A stretch of DNA of 64,000 nt from Takakia lepidozioides. Taxonomy: Eukaryota; Plantae; Bryophyta. Numbering within the stretch: position 1 is the stretch's first letter; every line of letters starts with the position of its first letter. Made by a program: the position numbers and the translations under genes. The stretch is from positions 10,602,001 through 10,666,000 of the forward strand of contig CM060734.1 in the NCBI GenBank assembly GCA_030704615.1, read 5' to 3'. Under the pieces are notes generated by a model that was given only the letters and a program-made list of their open reading frames with translations, did not search any database and was not told the DNA's origin. This document shows, piece by piece, positions 11,746-23,377 of this stretch.

Positions 11746-14700
11746 ATGCTTCCAGGAAGTCGGCTTGTTATTGTGTTTATTGATGAGGTTCTGATTAACG
11801 GTTTAACAGCTGCCGACATTGCTCCTAGGGATACTCTGACCACTGGGCCCACAAGAAAAGTAATTACGACAAACCAGTGCCGTTCTCCCCGGAAGTCCTT
11901 GACAATGGATTTGCAATTGTTCTGGAACATGTCTTGGCTACCCGTTTTCAACTTCAGAATGGCTCCATCTTTTTGGAGAAAGAGGTATACGATTTGAAAG
12001 GGAAGTTGTTGAAATACTCTTTCCAAAACCGTGATGAGACGGCTCATGTCAGCCAGTGGAGAGTGCGCCCTGGTCGATACAGAGTACTTGGAGAGCCTCG
12101 GCGAAAGTCCCTTGGGTCATATGTGATGCCCGGGACTGCTGCTTCGGTCGTTGAAGACAATAGGGAGGTGGTGGTGAAAAAAGAACAGACGTCCTCCACT
12201 CCAATCGTTGAGCTTTCGGATTCGTCCGATGATGACATAAGTGAAATTCCAAATCCAATCCTTCCTACTGTGGTTGGAGAAGCTGATGAAGAAGAGATTT
12301 GTAGTGTCATTCCAAAATTATGGGCGATGGGAGGAATGGCTGGATTCAAAAGTGAGTTGCGAGGAATTGATTGGGAATCTTTGAAGCAGGTGCCTGTGAA
12401 GTTCTTGCCAGAGACTTTTGATGGTGATATCCTATTCAAGCTGCCTCCTCCTCCGCGAGTTGCAGGTGTAACAATCATGATGCATGGAATGGACAAGAAA
12501 CACGACGGGCACCCGTGGTGCAGAACAAAAACATCCAATATTCAGAATGATGACAAGCTTGTTTTCAAGAGAACAGTTTGCAATGGACACCTTAGGTGTG
12601 ATAATTTGAATTGCAGACACTTTCTTCAGTCTGGGGTTCATAATCAAAGAGAATGGGAGGGTCTGGCGGAAAATCCATTTCAGCCTGGGACTGCCCCACC
12701 ACCGGCAAACACTTTCGTCTGCAAATTTTGCAAACTTGTGCCATCCTGCTTAGCGCTCTGCGGAGCAAGAATGTATTATGTTTTCCACTGTTTGGAAACA
12801 ATGACAAGAGCTTGTGTGCATTTCGGATTCCATAACCATCCTGTCTCGAAGGGGGATTACAGGGACAGTGTTGAGACAGTATCGAGGTTGATTAAACAGG
12901 AGTTCGGAGAAACCCATCCGCAACAACATCTGCAATTGCTCTTGGCACAAGCAAGTCCTTCTTGGAAAGCCATATTTTGAGTGAAGGGGATTCTGTGGGG
13001 ACTAAACTTGACGATGCAACATTGGACCTGGTCATGGATCATTTCTCCACTTTGAGTTCACCTAATATTCGGCATCAGATCAATGCATTAAGAATGGGCT
13101 CTGGTATCAGAGGCTACATAGACAACATTTTGGAGTTGAAACAAGTAAACAAGTACGATTACATCCAGGACAATGTATTCCCAGGTCAATGTGCCATCAA
13201 AGTTTTTCTTTTCAAAATGTCGACTGTTGGGGAGGGCAGTGGGGTTAGCCTCGTGAAGCGGATGCAGAAGACTGGGGACTTGCAAAACTGTTTTCTTATG
13301 TTTGATCATGTGAAATGAGTGAAGGATTGGACGACAATGGCTTGTCATGTCTACGATCTAGTGTACCAACGAGTTATGACAATTGCAGTTTGTGACATGC
13401 AATCCGAGGATACGGAATCCCATAAGCTCATGTGGAATTCCCTGATACGTGTCATGGGCTGCCATCTCCAAATTTCGCAGGTTTCATGGCGGATAGTGCT
13501 CAAGCAAATTTCAATGCTGTTCGTATTGTCTTCGGATCGGGCGACCCAAAAGTGCCAATGCGAGGAAGAGAGCGTACATGTCTATTCCATTGGACACAAT
13601 CTCTAGAAAAACATACAAAGTCGGACATCAAACCAGAGATGCAGACTCAGCACTGTAAATTGTTCAAAGAGTACAAAGATGCTAGAATAATGAAGGAGGC
13701 GGACACTTTGTTCCAGACAATTCGTGCCTGGTGGTTCTCTTCTGGAGCTGCATCACTTGAGAGTATGAGAGCATTGGAAGATTGGCTGGCGTTTTGGCAC
13801 TTCCGGTATAGACAGTGGGGAGCAGCCATGGCAGTGGTACGAGGCTTATATTTCTTGCTTTATTCATACATTTACTTTCCATTTTATTGTGTCCTCGCTT
13901 TCTTTATGTTGTTTTCTGTTCACTGTTTTGAAGTGTGGTTCTCCACTTTGCAAAACATGTCCATTGAGGAAATGGCAGACATGTCATCTTGCAATTTGGC
14001 ATAAACTGTGCACAACGCATGGTTGCAGCAGTCTGGGAAACGAGGTCGGGATTTGTATGTGGCAACAACAGATGATTTGATACGTGCCTTGCGACAACAA
14101 ACCCGATACCGTGATTTCTTACGAGGTGGGGTTGGTGGCAAGGGTCCGGACAAATGGGAGTTGATGTTGCGTGCTGCAAACAGATCTGGGGATCCAATCA
14201 AGATAGCACGGGTGGTGAGCATGTATGCCCAGGGAATGCCACTTGTTTCTAGAGTTCCACATCTTGAAGGAAAGGAGAGATTCGGCTCCTGTAAGAGGAA
14301 ATTGAACACTCCACCTGGTTCGGATTCCGATTCGCACTGGGGAGACCTTGATAACTTCTCGAAGCCTCGTGTTCCCCTGCATGACAGCTCCATGTCCGGA
14401 ACCTCCATTGTGGAGGAACCTCCAACACGACGGCAAGCTCCATCATCAAACAGTGCCACTGAAATGGTGCAGGAGAGAAACAACCCCCTTGATGTGCTTG
14501 AGTCCGCATGCCCCGACCACGTTTGGCACATAGAACGCACAAGTGTAGGGTCTTGTGTGAAATGTACAGCGATCAGGGCAACTAATTTCGAGAAGTGCAC
14601 TTTATCTATATCCAGAGGTGGTGCCCAAATTCCTGCTCCGACTTTCACGGGTTTGATGCGTCCATACGGTCAATCAGAAGCCAAGAACCACAAGTTCTGG

Positions 14701-15338
14701 TTCTGCACAGATGATTGTGCCAGATGTGTGCATGGAACTGTACGTCCTTCCGTAGTGATGAAGCCATCTCCTCCAACTGTTTGGCCCGTGAAGGTGGGAA
14801 CACATCTCAGATTTCAGGAGATTGAAATGCTGGAGGAGGCAGGCTTTTCCCTTGCGAGACAACCCCAACTCCATGCATGTGCTACTACTTCTGCGTCCTC
14901 CCGGGTCTCCCCGGCAAATCCTGACTTGTGGCCAACCAAACGAGATGGAAAGCTCGTTCGGCGTTTCCCTCCAACCGCTGAACACTTTGGCAAAGTGGAG
15001 TCCGCAAGAATGCTCCAAGCTCGTGTTGGAAGCACCACGGAAGTACCTGATCCAGGATATGGTCGGGTATTCACAATCATCACTTCCACGTCTGCTGTTC
15101 ATGACAGGACCTACGACATCACGGTTTCCAATTTCCCCAATTGCACATGTTCTGATTTTGTGAATATGCAATCAACCAGTTTGGGCAAGAGAGGTAAATT
15201 CATACCCTGCAAACATTTGTATTTCATATTTTTTAAGAGGATGGTTTGCGATCCCAAACGTGATAACTTCATTCACAGGCCACTATGAGTTTCAACGAGG
15301 TCGATACTCTATTGCAGCGGGATACAACACACGGGTAG
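11746..15338 (+). pseudogene. MULE-type transposase: GCM-like Zn DNA-binding domain, DDE core, C-terminal SWIM finger (disabled)
   Basis: DGHPW..TSN..CNGHLRC..C..CKFC..C..C..HFGFHNHP; MFDHVK and FMADSAQ (D1, D2); CLFHW; CNLA*TVHN with the putative catalytic E replaced by TAA at 14002-14004; CTCSDF..CKHLYF SWIM. Frameshifts near 12910, 13457 and 15280; TGA at 13316; start approximate. Confidence 0.85.
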
Positions 15339-17091
15339 CATCAACTATGCAATGTGGTATGTGGACGACCATGATTTGAAATGTGTAATTCACATCAATT
15401 CGTCGGCGGTGCAATGATATGGCCTCCAACTATACGGAGTGAGCTCTGAGTGACAACTTTTAAAAGCACATTTGTCATTGCACCGTTCGAAGTCTACATG
15501 TCTTGCTGTCGCTATGCACTACAATCATCTTTTGAAGATGATCCTAACTCTCATTGTTATTTGAGGGAGGAAGGTCTTCCCATGGCAGCCTCTATGGCAC
15601 ACACTTTGTGAGGATATTTTCTCGTCCTCGTAATTGTAAAAGTGAAACAAGCATTTGTAATTGCACAATGTTGGATGCTATAATTGTAGGCCTCATGGTA
15701 GTCTTGATTCTATTTAGGCAAGATTCCCTGCATTAATTCCACGGTCATAGGACCATCCTCGGTTATAGGCGGCGCATGTTAATGCTGACGTGGCAGATGA
15801 CGGATAGTGCCACGTCATCATTTGCCGCCACATCAGCATGCTGACATGACGCTCACGCCACGTCAGCTGGCGTGAGCGTACGCTCGCGCGCTCACGCCAT
15901 TGCATCGTTGTAATCTCTCTGATACAAAGTCAACAGCTCTCAATACCATTCTTTATTAACTAACCATAGATTGATTATCTCTTTGTCGCTACATTGTAAT
16001 CTCTTAAAGATATCTAGAGACAAACTATTAGGCAGTTCGGTAATTAGTTCTACAGGATATGCTATCTGTTCTCCTTCACACATCGCAAGTGATCCTTCTT
16101 CACCACCAATTCTGTTTCTCCAGTCGCTCTAGGGATTTTCCCTCACCAAAATTATAATTCCATTCTCTCATAAGTTCAGGATAGCCTTTAAATGGTCTAT
16201 ACCACTTTTGCAACCAACTATGCTTCCAATAACAACTCCGGTATAGGATGGATATCTCCCTACACCATCCTTTATTGACCAATTGCAATAAGAATACTTC
16301 TTTATCACTACAACAAAGCTTCTGAAAGATATCGATAAATGGTCTGGTAATCCAGTGATCAACTCTGACACTTCCTTTATTCCCTCACCATGGCTCTCTG
16401 CCATGCAAATGATTTTAATTCACTGTTATACTCCTACCCTGAATCCAATTGAAGACTCTTTCTATCTTTGTTTCCTTAATCTGCTCCTTCTTGAGCTTTG
16501 AATATCTCCCTATCGATATTTCTCTTGATAGACCAGAAACTAATTCTCACATCAAATTCTTATCTGTTTCATTTATGCTCATTCTCACCATCTCATATAG
16601 TTATGGTTCTTCAGTTCTTACACACAGAAACAACTTCTCATTCCATCACTCCATTCTTCACACATATACAAAGTGAATTGCACTTCCTTTTTCTACTTCT
16701 TCTCATTCATAAATCACAACACTGCAAGAACGCAAACCTAAATCTACCATTGCAGAATAACTCTATAGTCTATCTTCTACTCACTCTACTCTCCCTATTC
16801 CCGGTCACGGCTCTCTGGCTCAATTGACACATTCTGCTTCTCAGGAACGCATTATATAGCAGGGCGCTTCAATAACTGTAATAACCGCTCAAACTCCTTC
16901 ATCCATCCTTTACAATTATTCATCCATCTCTTCTATCATTCAGTCCAAAATAGACTATCGACTGTATACAAGATATCGAAGAACATTGCCCTATCGCAGC
17001 AATATCGAAGGTATCGCAGGCTATATCGATGAGAAAGATATTAAAAAGTTCTGAAAATTGTCATTAAGTCAGAAATTCCTATTATTCTACA

Positions 17092-18150
17092 TAGCCCCAC
17101 TCCTAATTGTGTAGCGCCCTCGCAAACACTATATCTTCTGCAACTAATTTCTTGGCCGCTTACTCCCGCCTCCCCTCTGACTCATGCGATCGACAATGGT
17201 CACGCTCATCACCTTCCTTCTGGAACTGCTTGAACGCCATATAGGGGTGGTATCGCGAAGGCCCCCAATCATCATACATAGCAGAATTTGCACACTGAAG
17301 AAATCCAGTCAAGCACATCAATTCTAACACCCTCATTTCCCTTGCCGGGTGATGCAATAACTTGGCTACTATCCCGAATTCATGTCCTCCCAACATAGGC
17401 CTGTTAACATCAACAACAACATGGTAGTAGTGACACCACTTAGCCAAAACCCCGCAAAAGACGGCTGCCATAAAACACAAAGGATCAAAATGATTCGCAT
17501 GCAGCCCCTGAAAGGCTTTGTACGCTGTCTCACAATAGTCCGCACTGCTGAACTCTCCCGGAATTAATGGCCAATTGTAAGGTAAGGACGTCAAGTGCTC
17601 ATTCTCGTGCCATTGACCACGACGCGCACACATACATACACCAAATCGGCATGTAATATTCCGTGGCCACGGTCCACCGATTGGTGTCAATCGAGTGCCC
17701 ATCTTCAAAATCAATTCTCCTGTTGCAGTGTGGCCATAGTCCTGCCCCATCCATAACAACACTTCCCAACATGGCAACACCTTATCGTCAGAATCCGCAT
17801 AGACCTTCTCCGTCCTGCCCAAAAACTCTGAGTACTCCCAGTTAGTAGGAAAATGACATCGTTCGAATATCGCAAACCCCACCTGTGTGACTTGTGTAGC
17901 ACTGGGTTGATTGATGTACAAGTCCTCCATCCATCTGGCCGTCAATAACTTTGGCCAAGTTTTTGCTTCCATCCACTTGCTTACCCTTTGCTGAATTGCA
18001 GTCTGCGTCCAAACATAGGCAGATCCATGTAAACACTCCAGGACCAGCCGATACCTGCAATGAGCTCTCTCCAACATCGTATGGAACCGGGTCTCGTCCA
18101 ACACTTGAGCCACCAGAGGTTGCACCATATCCAGGTACCTCGGCAACAGT
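17092..18150 (-). mobile_element. Older (host) Ty3/Gypsy element, 3' part: tail of extra ORF and polypurine tract
   Basis: ORF 17160-18146 continues ORF 31831-31363 once the nested element is removed (..IPRLDDKL|LPRYLDMV..). PPT-like AGGAGTGGGGCTA (17104-17092) is followed by TG at 17091, the probable 3' LTR start; the LTR end was not resolved. Confidence 0.7.
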
Positions 18151-19151
18151 TGTCGAGCGGCTTTTATTCACCCATCCCTTCGCTATCCGAGGTGGAAACT
18201 CCAAGATAGAAGAGTTGGATATCTCTAAGCACTCAGCCCGCTCAGACCAATCAGTCATGACCTACAGCTAGTGTATCATGGTTGTGCTTCCTATTTGTAT
18301 TTCTTCTTGCCCTCATGTTAGCAAATTACCTTACTGTGTATATTGAAGCATCAGATTACTTCAGTAACTACCAGATTCCATTTATTCATCCATTCATTCC
18401 ACAACTTCACTCATGTCTCTCTACACAGTGTGTTTGCATCGATTAAGTATCAGATTAAGATTTATCAGGTATCAGGCCAATGCCATGGTGTCCCTAATCT
18501 GCTCTACTGTATGATTCTGCAGCTTGCATGAATTAAGCATCGACCAAGCCATCTTCCCATCTTCGCTGTTTCCCGCTCTTCGCTTCATCTCCTCCCCCTC
18601 TGACCAAGTCGCTCTCCCAAGAACTGATCCCCCATTCGTTGCTGCTCTGCCTCATCTACATGCAAGCTGTTCTAACCACCTAACTAACTAACTGTCACCC
18701 CAAGAAGTAACACGTTTCCCCTGCAGATGTCGTTCTCACATAGTCATTCCCTGCCAATGATAACCGTTCCCTATGTACACTGTGACTGGCTGTGTCGGGC
18801 TGTGACTGTGCCAAACTGTGACTGGCTGTGTCGGACTGCATCGGGCTGTGATTGGCTGTGTAAAACTGTGTGAAGTTGTGTCGGGCTATGTCGTGCTGTG
18901 TCTGACTGTGCAAAGCTGTGTCGAGCTGTGATAGACTGTGATAGACTGTGATAGACTGTGATGGGCTGTGACTGGCTGTGTAAGCCTGTCAACCCCCGCC
19001 CCCCCCCCCCCCCCCCCCCCCCCCTAAAGCCTGCGCCTGTCACCCCTAAGGCCTCTGTTGGTCTAAGTCTACCATCCGTAAGTCTGTGCAAAAATTAAGG
19101 GTACCCCACAAAACCCATAAAAATGTCTAAGTCCCAGACAGCCCTCTAACA
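18151..19151 (-). repeat. 3' LTR (1001 bp) with CACAG/CTGTG repeat block and long poly-C/G run
   Basis: Matches 30333-31362; about 16 substitutions by eye over the first ~630 bp. Confidence 0.97.
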
Positions 19152-19168
19152 TTACCCCTCCCCCTCTC
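19152..19168 (-). promoter_or_regulatory. Polypurine tract (GAGAGGGGGAGGGGTAA)
   Basis: Abuts the TG start of the 3' LTR on the minus strand. Confidence 0.9.
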
Positions 19169-19393
19169 AAAAAGCCATGTCCTCACGGTTTATTGTTTAG
19201 GATCAGCAAACCGTTGTGAGCGAGCACCCTTTTGACGGTGAGAATCCTTTGGAGGGCTCTGTGTGCGAGCCCGAGCCCTGTCACTGGCTGATGGAGAGGA
19301 TTGAGTACCAAACGGAAATGTCTGACCTTCTTGTGGTTGATAATGAGCTAACCTCTCAGGCATAGGAGATCCCTGCCGTTTCTTCTCTGCCAT

Positions 19394-20596
19394 TTATAGT
19401 GCGTAGTCCTCCGCCATGTCAAAAGGTTCCTCTATAGAACCAGTAGTATCAGAATCATCGTCCCCCCTGAGGTGTTTCGGCGGCCGAACCTTAAGTGGTT
19501 CCTCAGGAATCCTGCATGACATGCAGTGTTGGCCCACCATGTCTGGAAGCTTGAACTGGACTACTTGCTTTAATCGCTTGCAAGCAAAATGAGTGAATTC
19601 CATGAACTCTTTGGCCGTATAGGTGAGAGGTGTTCCAATGACCTTGGAACAGTGTAAGTATTTCCAGGCTTCATGTCCATTATAAAAAATATCATCAGGG
19701 CCCAATTTTTCTTTGGCCAAGCTGTTCCAAGCCAAATTAAACCATGAACGAAGCTGGGAATCCTTCTGTATCATGATCTTTGCATCATATAGATACATAT
19801 GAGGTGGAACCGAAGGTAAAACCCAATGATCTCCACTGGAATAACTCAGAAATCCTGACTGCATCTTCTGCTGCTCAATGTGATAATGTGCAAGGAAACA
19901 AGTAGCATAGTACAATCCACAACCCATGACAATACTAGATACCTCCTTGGTCTTGGTGTAGATGTACCCATGAACAACCTGGAAGACAATTAATTCTTTC
20001 AGCATGGTGCCTGCCTCAGACCAGTACCTTGCAAAATGATGATCCTCAATGGGTTGATTGTTCGGAAGAACCTTAGTCCGAGTTGCCACTAGCAACCAAA
20101 TGCGCATGATCTGGTAATAATGTGCCAAAGATTGTGGAGGACTGAATTCCTTCCAAGCCAAATCCATCACAATGGGAATTTGGTTGAAGGGCATAATCAT
20201 AGCCCGATTGTACTCCCGCGCAGCAGGAGTCCTAGGTGGGTTGAAAGCAGCATCCCCCCAAACCTCAGACTATGGCTGCGCCATGGTATCGACAACATCA
20301 GCCACCTGCACAGCCACCTGCTGTAGAGATTGTGATATTGCCACCGCTGTCCCTCCTACTGCTGACAACTCTTGCACCTCCTGTGATGAAGACTGGAAAA
20401 TCAGAGTCCTGGCATGCAAATAAGTAGCCACCAGCTGCTCCTCAGGAACAAAGACTCTTTTGTCAATATTGGAACTCAGGTCATCCACTTGAGTTTGCAG
20501 GCCTTCCACATCATCCTGTAACTCCGCAATCCTACTATAGACATTGTCTATAGTAGTTGTGGCAATGTTCTGGACTTGCAATCTGAGATCATTCAT
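19394..20596 (-). pseudogene. Retroelement extra ORF B (~400 codons, N-terminal coiled coil, unknown domain) with one in-frame stop
   Basis: ORFs 20270-20596 and 19394-20200 are in the same frame, separated by a TAG and 23 open codons. Confidence 0.6.
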
Positions 20597-22764
20597 CGTC
20601 CCCCTGAGTGAGCTTTTGTGGTGCTTTCCCTTCCACCGGCCCTTGTGTTAACCATACTTGCATAAGATGATTATCCATCAAGTCCTGTGTAGCACCCCTG
20701 AGAGCCTGCTCCTCCTTAAGTCTGTACACATCTAACTGTTGTTGTAAAGCCTCCATGCACTTTGCATGAGGGTCAACCAAGGCCGCATAGGCAACAGCCA
20801 AATTATTGGCTTCCTTCCAAGCCTTGTTAGCCACAGAGAGTTCATTCTTGTGGCCCGTGAGTGATTGCTGCAACTGCAGGATGAACCTTTCTTTTTCAGC
20901 CTCAACTTGACTGTACTGTTGAAAAGTATCCTCATTGCGATGGAGAGTAGCCTTCAGATCAGCACTAAGTTTCCCCTGCTCTACTGTCTCAACCTCGGCC
21001 ATCATACATCTCTTTGCTTGTCTGTTAACTTCTAACGCAGTCTGCTGCAGAGCAGTTGTTAGTGTGGCACATTGTATGGTCATTCTCTGATGAACTGTCT
21101 CCAACTCAGTATGAAGCACCTTCACTTCCTGCAATTTTCCCTCATGCTGCACCTGCAATTGGTATAGCTGCTGCTTATGTGCTTCATGCAATTTCCCCTG
21201 CTCCAGACCTGCTTCAATCATATTCCCCTTGGCTAGCTGCAGGGCAGCCTTGGTGTCCACCAATTCTTTCTGCAACTTGAGGTTGGCCTCCATATCCACC
21301 TTGTTTGCACACTCGGTGGCAATTCTAGCCTCAAACTCCTGCTTGAGTTCCTCCCTCAAAGCTGCCAATTGTGTAGATGGAACATAGGATTTCACATAAG
21401 TGCCCAACAAATTGAGTGTCCTGCTTATAGAACTCATAAGCATGGCCTGCTGTGGATCTTCCTGGTGAACTTGTTGCTGTTCTCCCTAATCCTCCATAGT
21501 GTGATGTTTCACCAACCATTCAGGCCATGTTCCCACAAGATCCTCTTCCTGAACGACCTCATTCTCCACAGGCGCAGCAGTGCCCTTACATTCTACCTCT
21601 GGAACCTCCGCCAAAGGTTTGGGTATTACATGCACAGCAGGGATTTCCTTAGACAAACTTTACACCTCTGGTACCACTGGTTCCTTGACCAAGCCAGAGT
21701 TTTCATAGAGAAGGTCACCCTTCTCAATTTCTGCCACGACCTGCTCTGTAGTGGGAATGTCCAACCCTTCTCCTTCCAGAGCAATAGGCTTTGGTGCAAC
21801 AACATGTACTAATTGAGGGACCTCTAAGACAACCGAGTCAACTGGCTGTGATGGCTATGGTACCGATTTGACTTCTTCTTCCCTCTCCAAGGGTCGTGCT
21901 TCCAGTAATAACAGCCCTCGGTGTTGTTGTTCCCCATCTTGCACAAGAGCTATGGAAACATCATCATTTCGTGGTTTCCTTGAAGCTAGTGGATCTGCCA
22001 CTATAGTCGTGTCCCTCTTTTGTCTCTTGGATTGGTGCCGCCCCTCCAATCCATCTTCACCCTGTGAAGAGCCTTGCTCCTCAATTGCAGTAGTTGCTGC
22101 CTCAAACACTCCTATCTCCTTACGTTCTCGCGCATCAAGTATGCAAAAATCAAGAATAATTTGCGCTATCACTAGGCCAGACACAACGATTGGAGACTTA
22201 GCAGCGGTGCCTTGTAACCGCTTCATCTCTTCCACCAAACCATTGTACATTAAGTCCGCCCAAGCCACATCTTCCCCCCTCAAGGCTTTCAGTATCTCCT
22301 CCGTGAATGATCTGCTAAGGTATTGTTGGTTCTGTTTCATGGCAAACAGAACGTTCAGAACCTGACCATCTTCTTTTAACCCTAGGTGCCTTGGTGCAAG
22401 TGTATCCCTGAGTCTTAAATAAACTCCCTTCTTGGAACAAATCGCCTATCTGCAATCTTGCTCTGTGCTCATCCACATTTACACGGCCTGATGGCAATTC
22501 AAACAATTGCTGCAAGTATTGGGGAGTAATCTCTATATCTACTCCCCTCACTTGTGTAACTCCCGTCTGAGGTTCAAAGTTCTGAATGAATTGTATCATG
22601 AATGCCCTATGATGGACCATTCCTTGCGTAGCAGTCCCTCCAATCGCAACTCCTTCCACAGCTGCACTGCCTGAGGTGTAGCAATTGTCTGCTTCTGCAT
22701 AATCGTGGTGCTCTTCACCCTGACATCCTCCATTCCCCAAATTCTCTTCATTCCAGACAAACAA
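20589..22764 (-). pseudogene. Retroelement extra ORF A: Athila-type 'plant transposon protein'/PMD-like domain plus long coiled coil, frameshifted
   Basis: MIQFIQNFEPQTGVTQVRGVDIEITPQYLQQLFELP..VAWADLMYNGL parallels the host ORF 31871-33133 (VMQFYNSYNP..VKGSPIVVDARTVTEVLLLP..IDWAGFVCGKI). Confidence 0.6.
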
Positions 22765-23377
22765 GATGGCCTTGTTTGAAATAGCTCTAAGAAAGCTTGC
22801 AAGGCGTAGAGCATAAAAGCATAGTTGGCACAGAATGGAACGGGTAAGTGCGTGTAAGCCTCTGGGGCTTGCAAGTATCGAGTGAGAAAGAATGTACTCT
22901 CAACCCATCCGTCCTTGCGCCACTGCGTAAGAAGTAAAGCGAGCGTATAATATATAATATGTGCCATAGCTACAAAGCTATAGCTTTGATTGCCCCTCCC
23001 GTCGAGACATTGGTTATTCGGAGTCACCCCGACTCTTCCGCTCATAACTCTTCTAATTTCTTGTTCCTGTTTCTTGGAGGGAACCACCTACATGACATTC
23101 TCGCTCCTGATTGGCTGTTGCCTGCTTGGGTAACTTCTTAATTTTACCCCAGTGGACATTCCCACCTTGAATGTCCACTAGGACAGCACATGTGGCAAAA
23201 GTCCCCCTTTTCTGTACTCGTGAAGGGTTCCGTTACTTTTGCCTTGAATGCATTAATGGGCCCACAAATAGTTTTGGCTGCTGTACCGATTAGGTACTTT
23301 GACGGCCCAGTTTGTCCTCTTGCATGATGACACCCACTTTTGCAATATATGCACCGCGGTGTGCTTCGCCCTAGTGG

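Larger units (their letters stand above)
4397..15910. mobile_element. Mutator-like (MULE) DNA transposon, 11,514 bp, degenerate short TIRs, 9-bp TSD
   Basis: TAATCTCTC at 4388-4396 and 15911-15919. Left end GGGGAATGCCTCGGCGTGAGC versus right end reverse complement CAACGATGCAATGGCGTGAGC in the same register. Internal DDE transposase with SWIM finger. Confidence 0.9.

Noticed and set aside
15920-17091. Defined 3' LTR or gag of the host element
   Set aside because: Probably decayed retroelement DNA continuing to ~4200 across the MULE insertion, but there is no partner LTR or recognisable motif to fix its limits
18695-19091. H/S/Q/T-rich ORFs, also 30877-31143 and 35053-35367
   Set aside because: Translations of the LTR CACAG repeat
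20589-22764. True retroviral envelope gene
   Set aside because: No signal peptide or clear transmembrane segment visible; called PMD-like/coiled-coil instead
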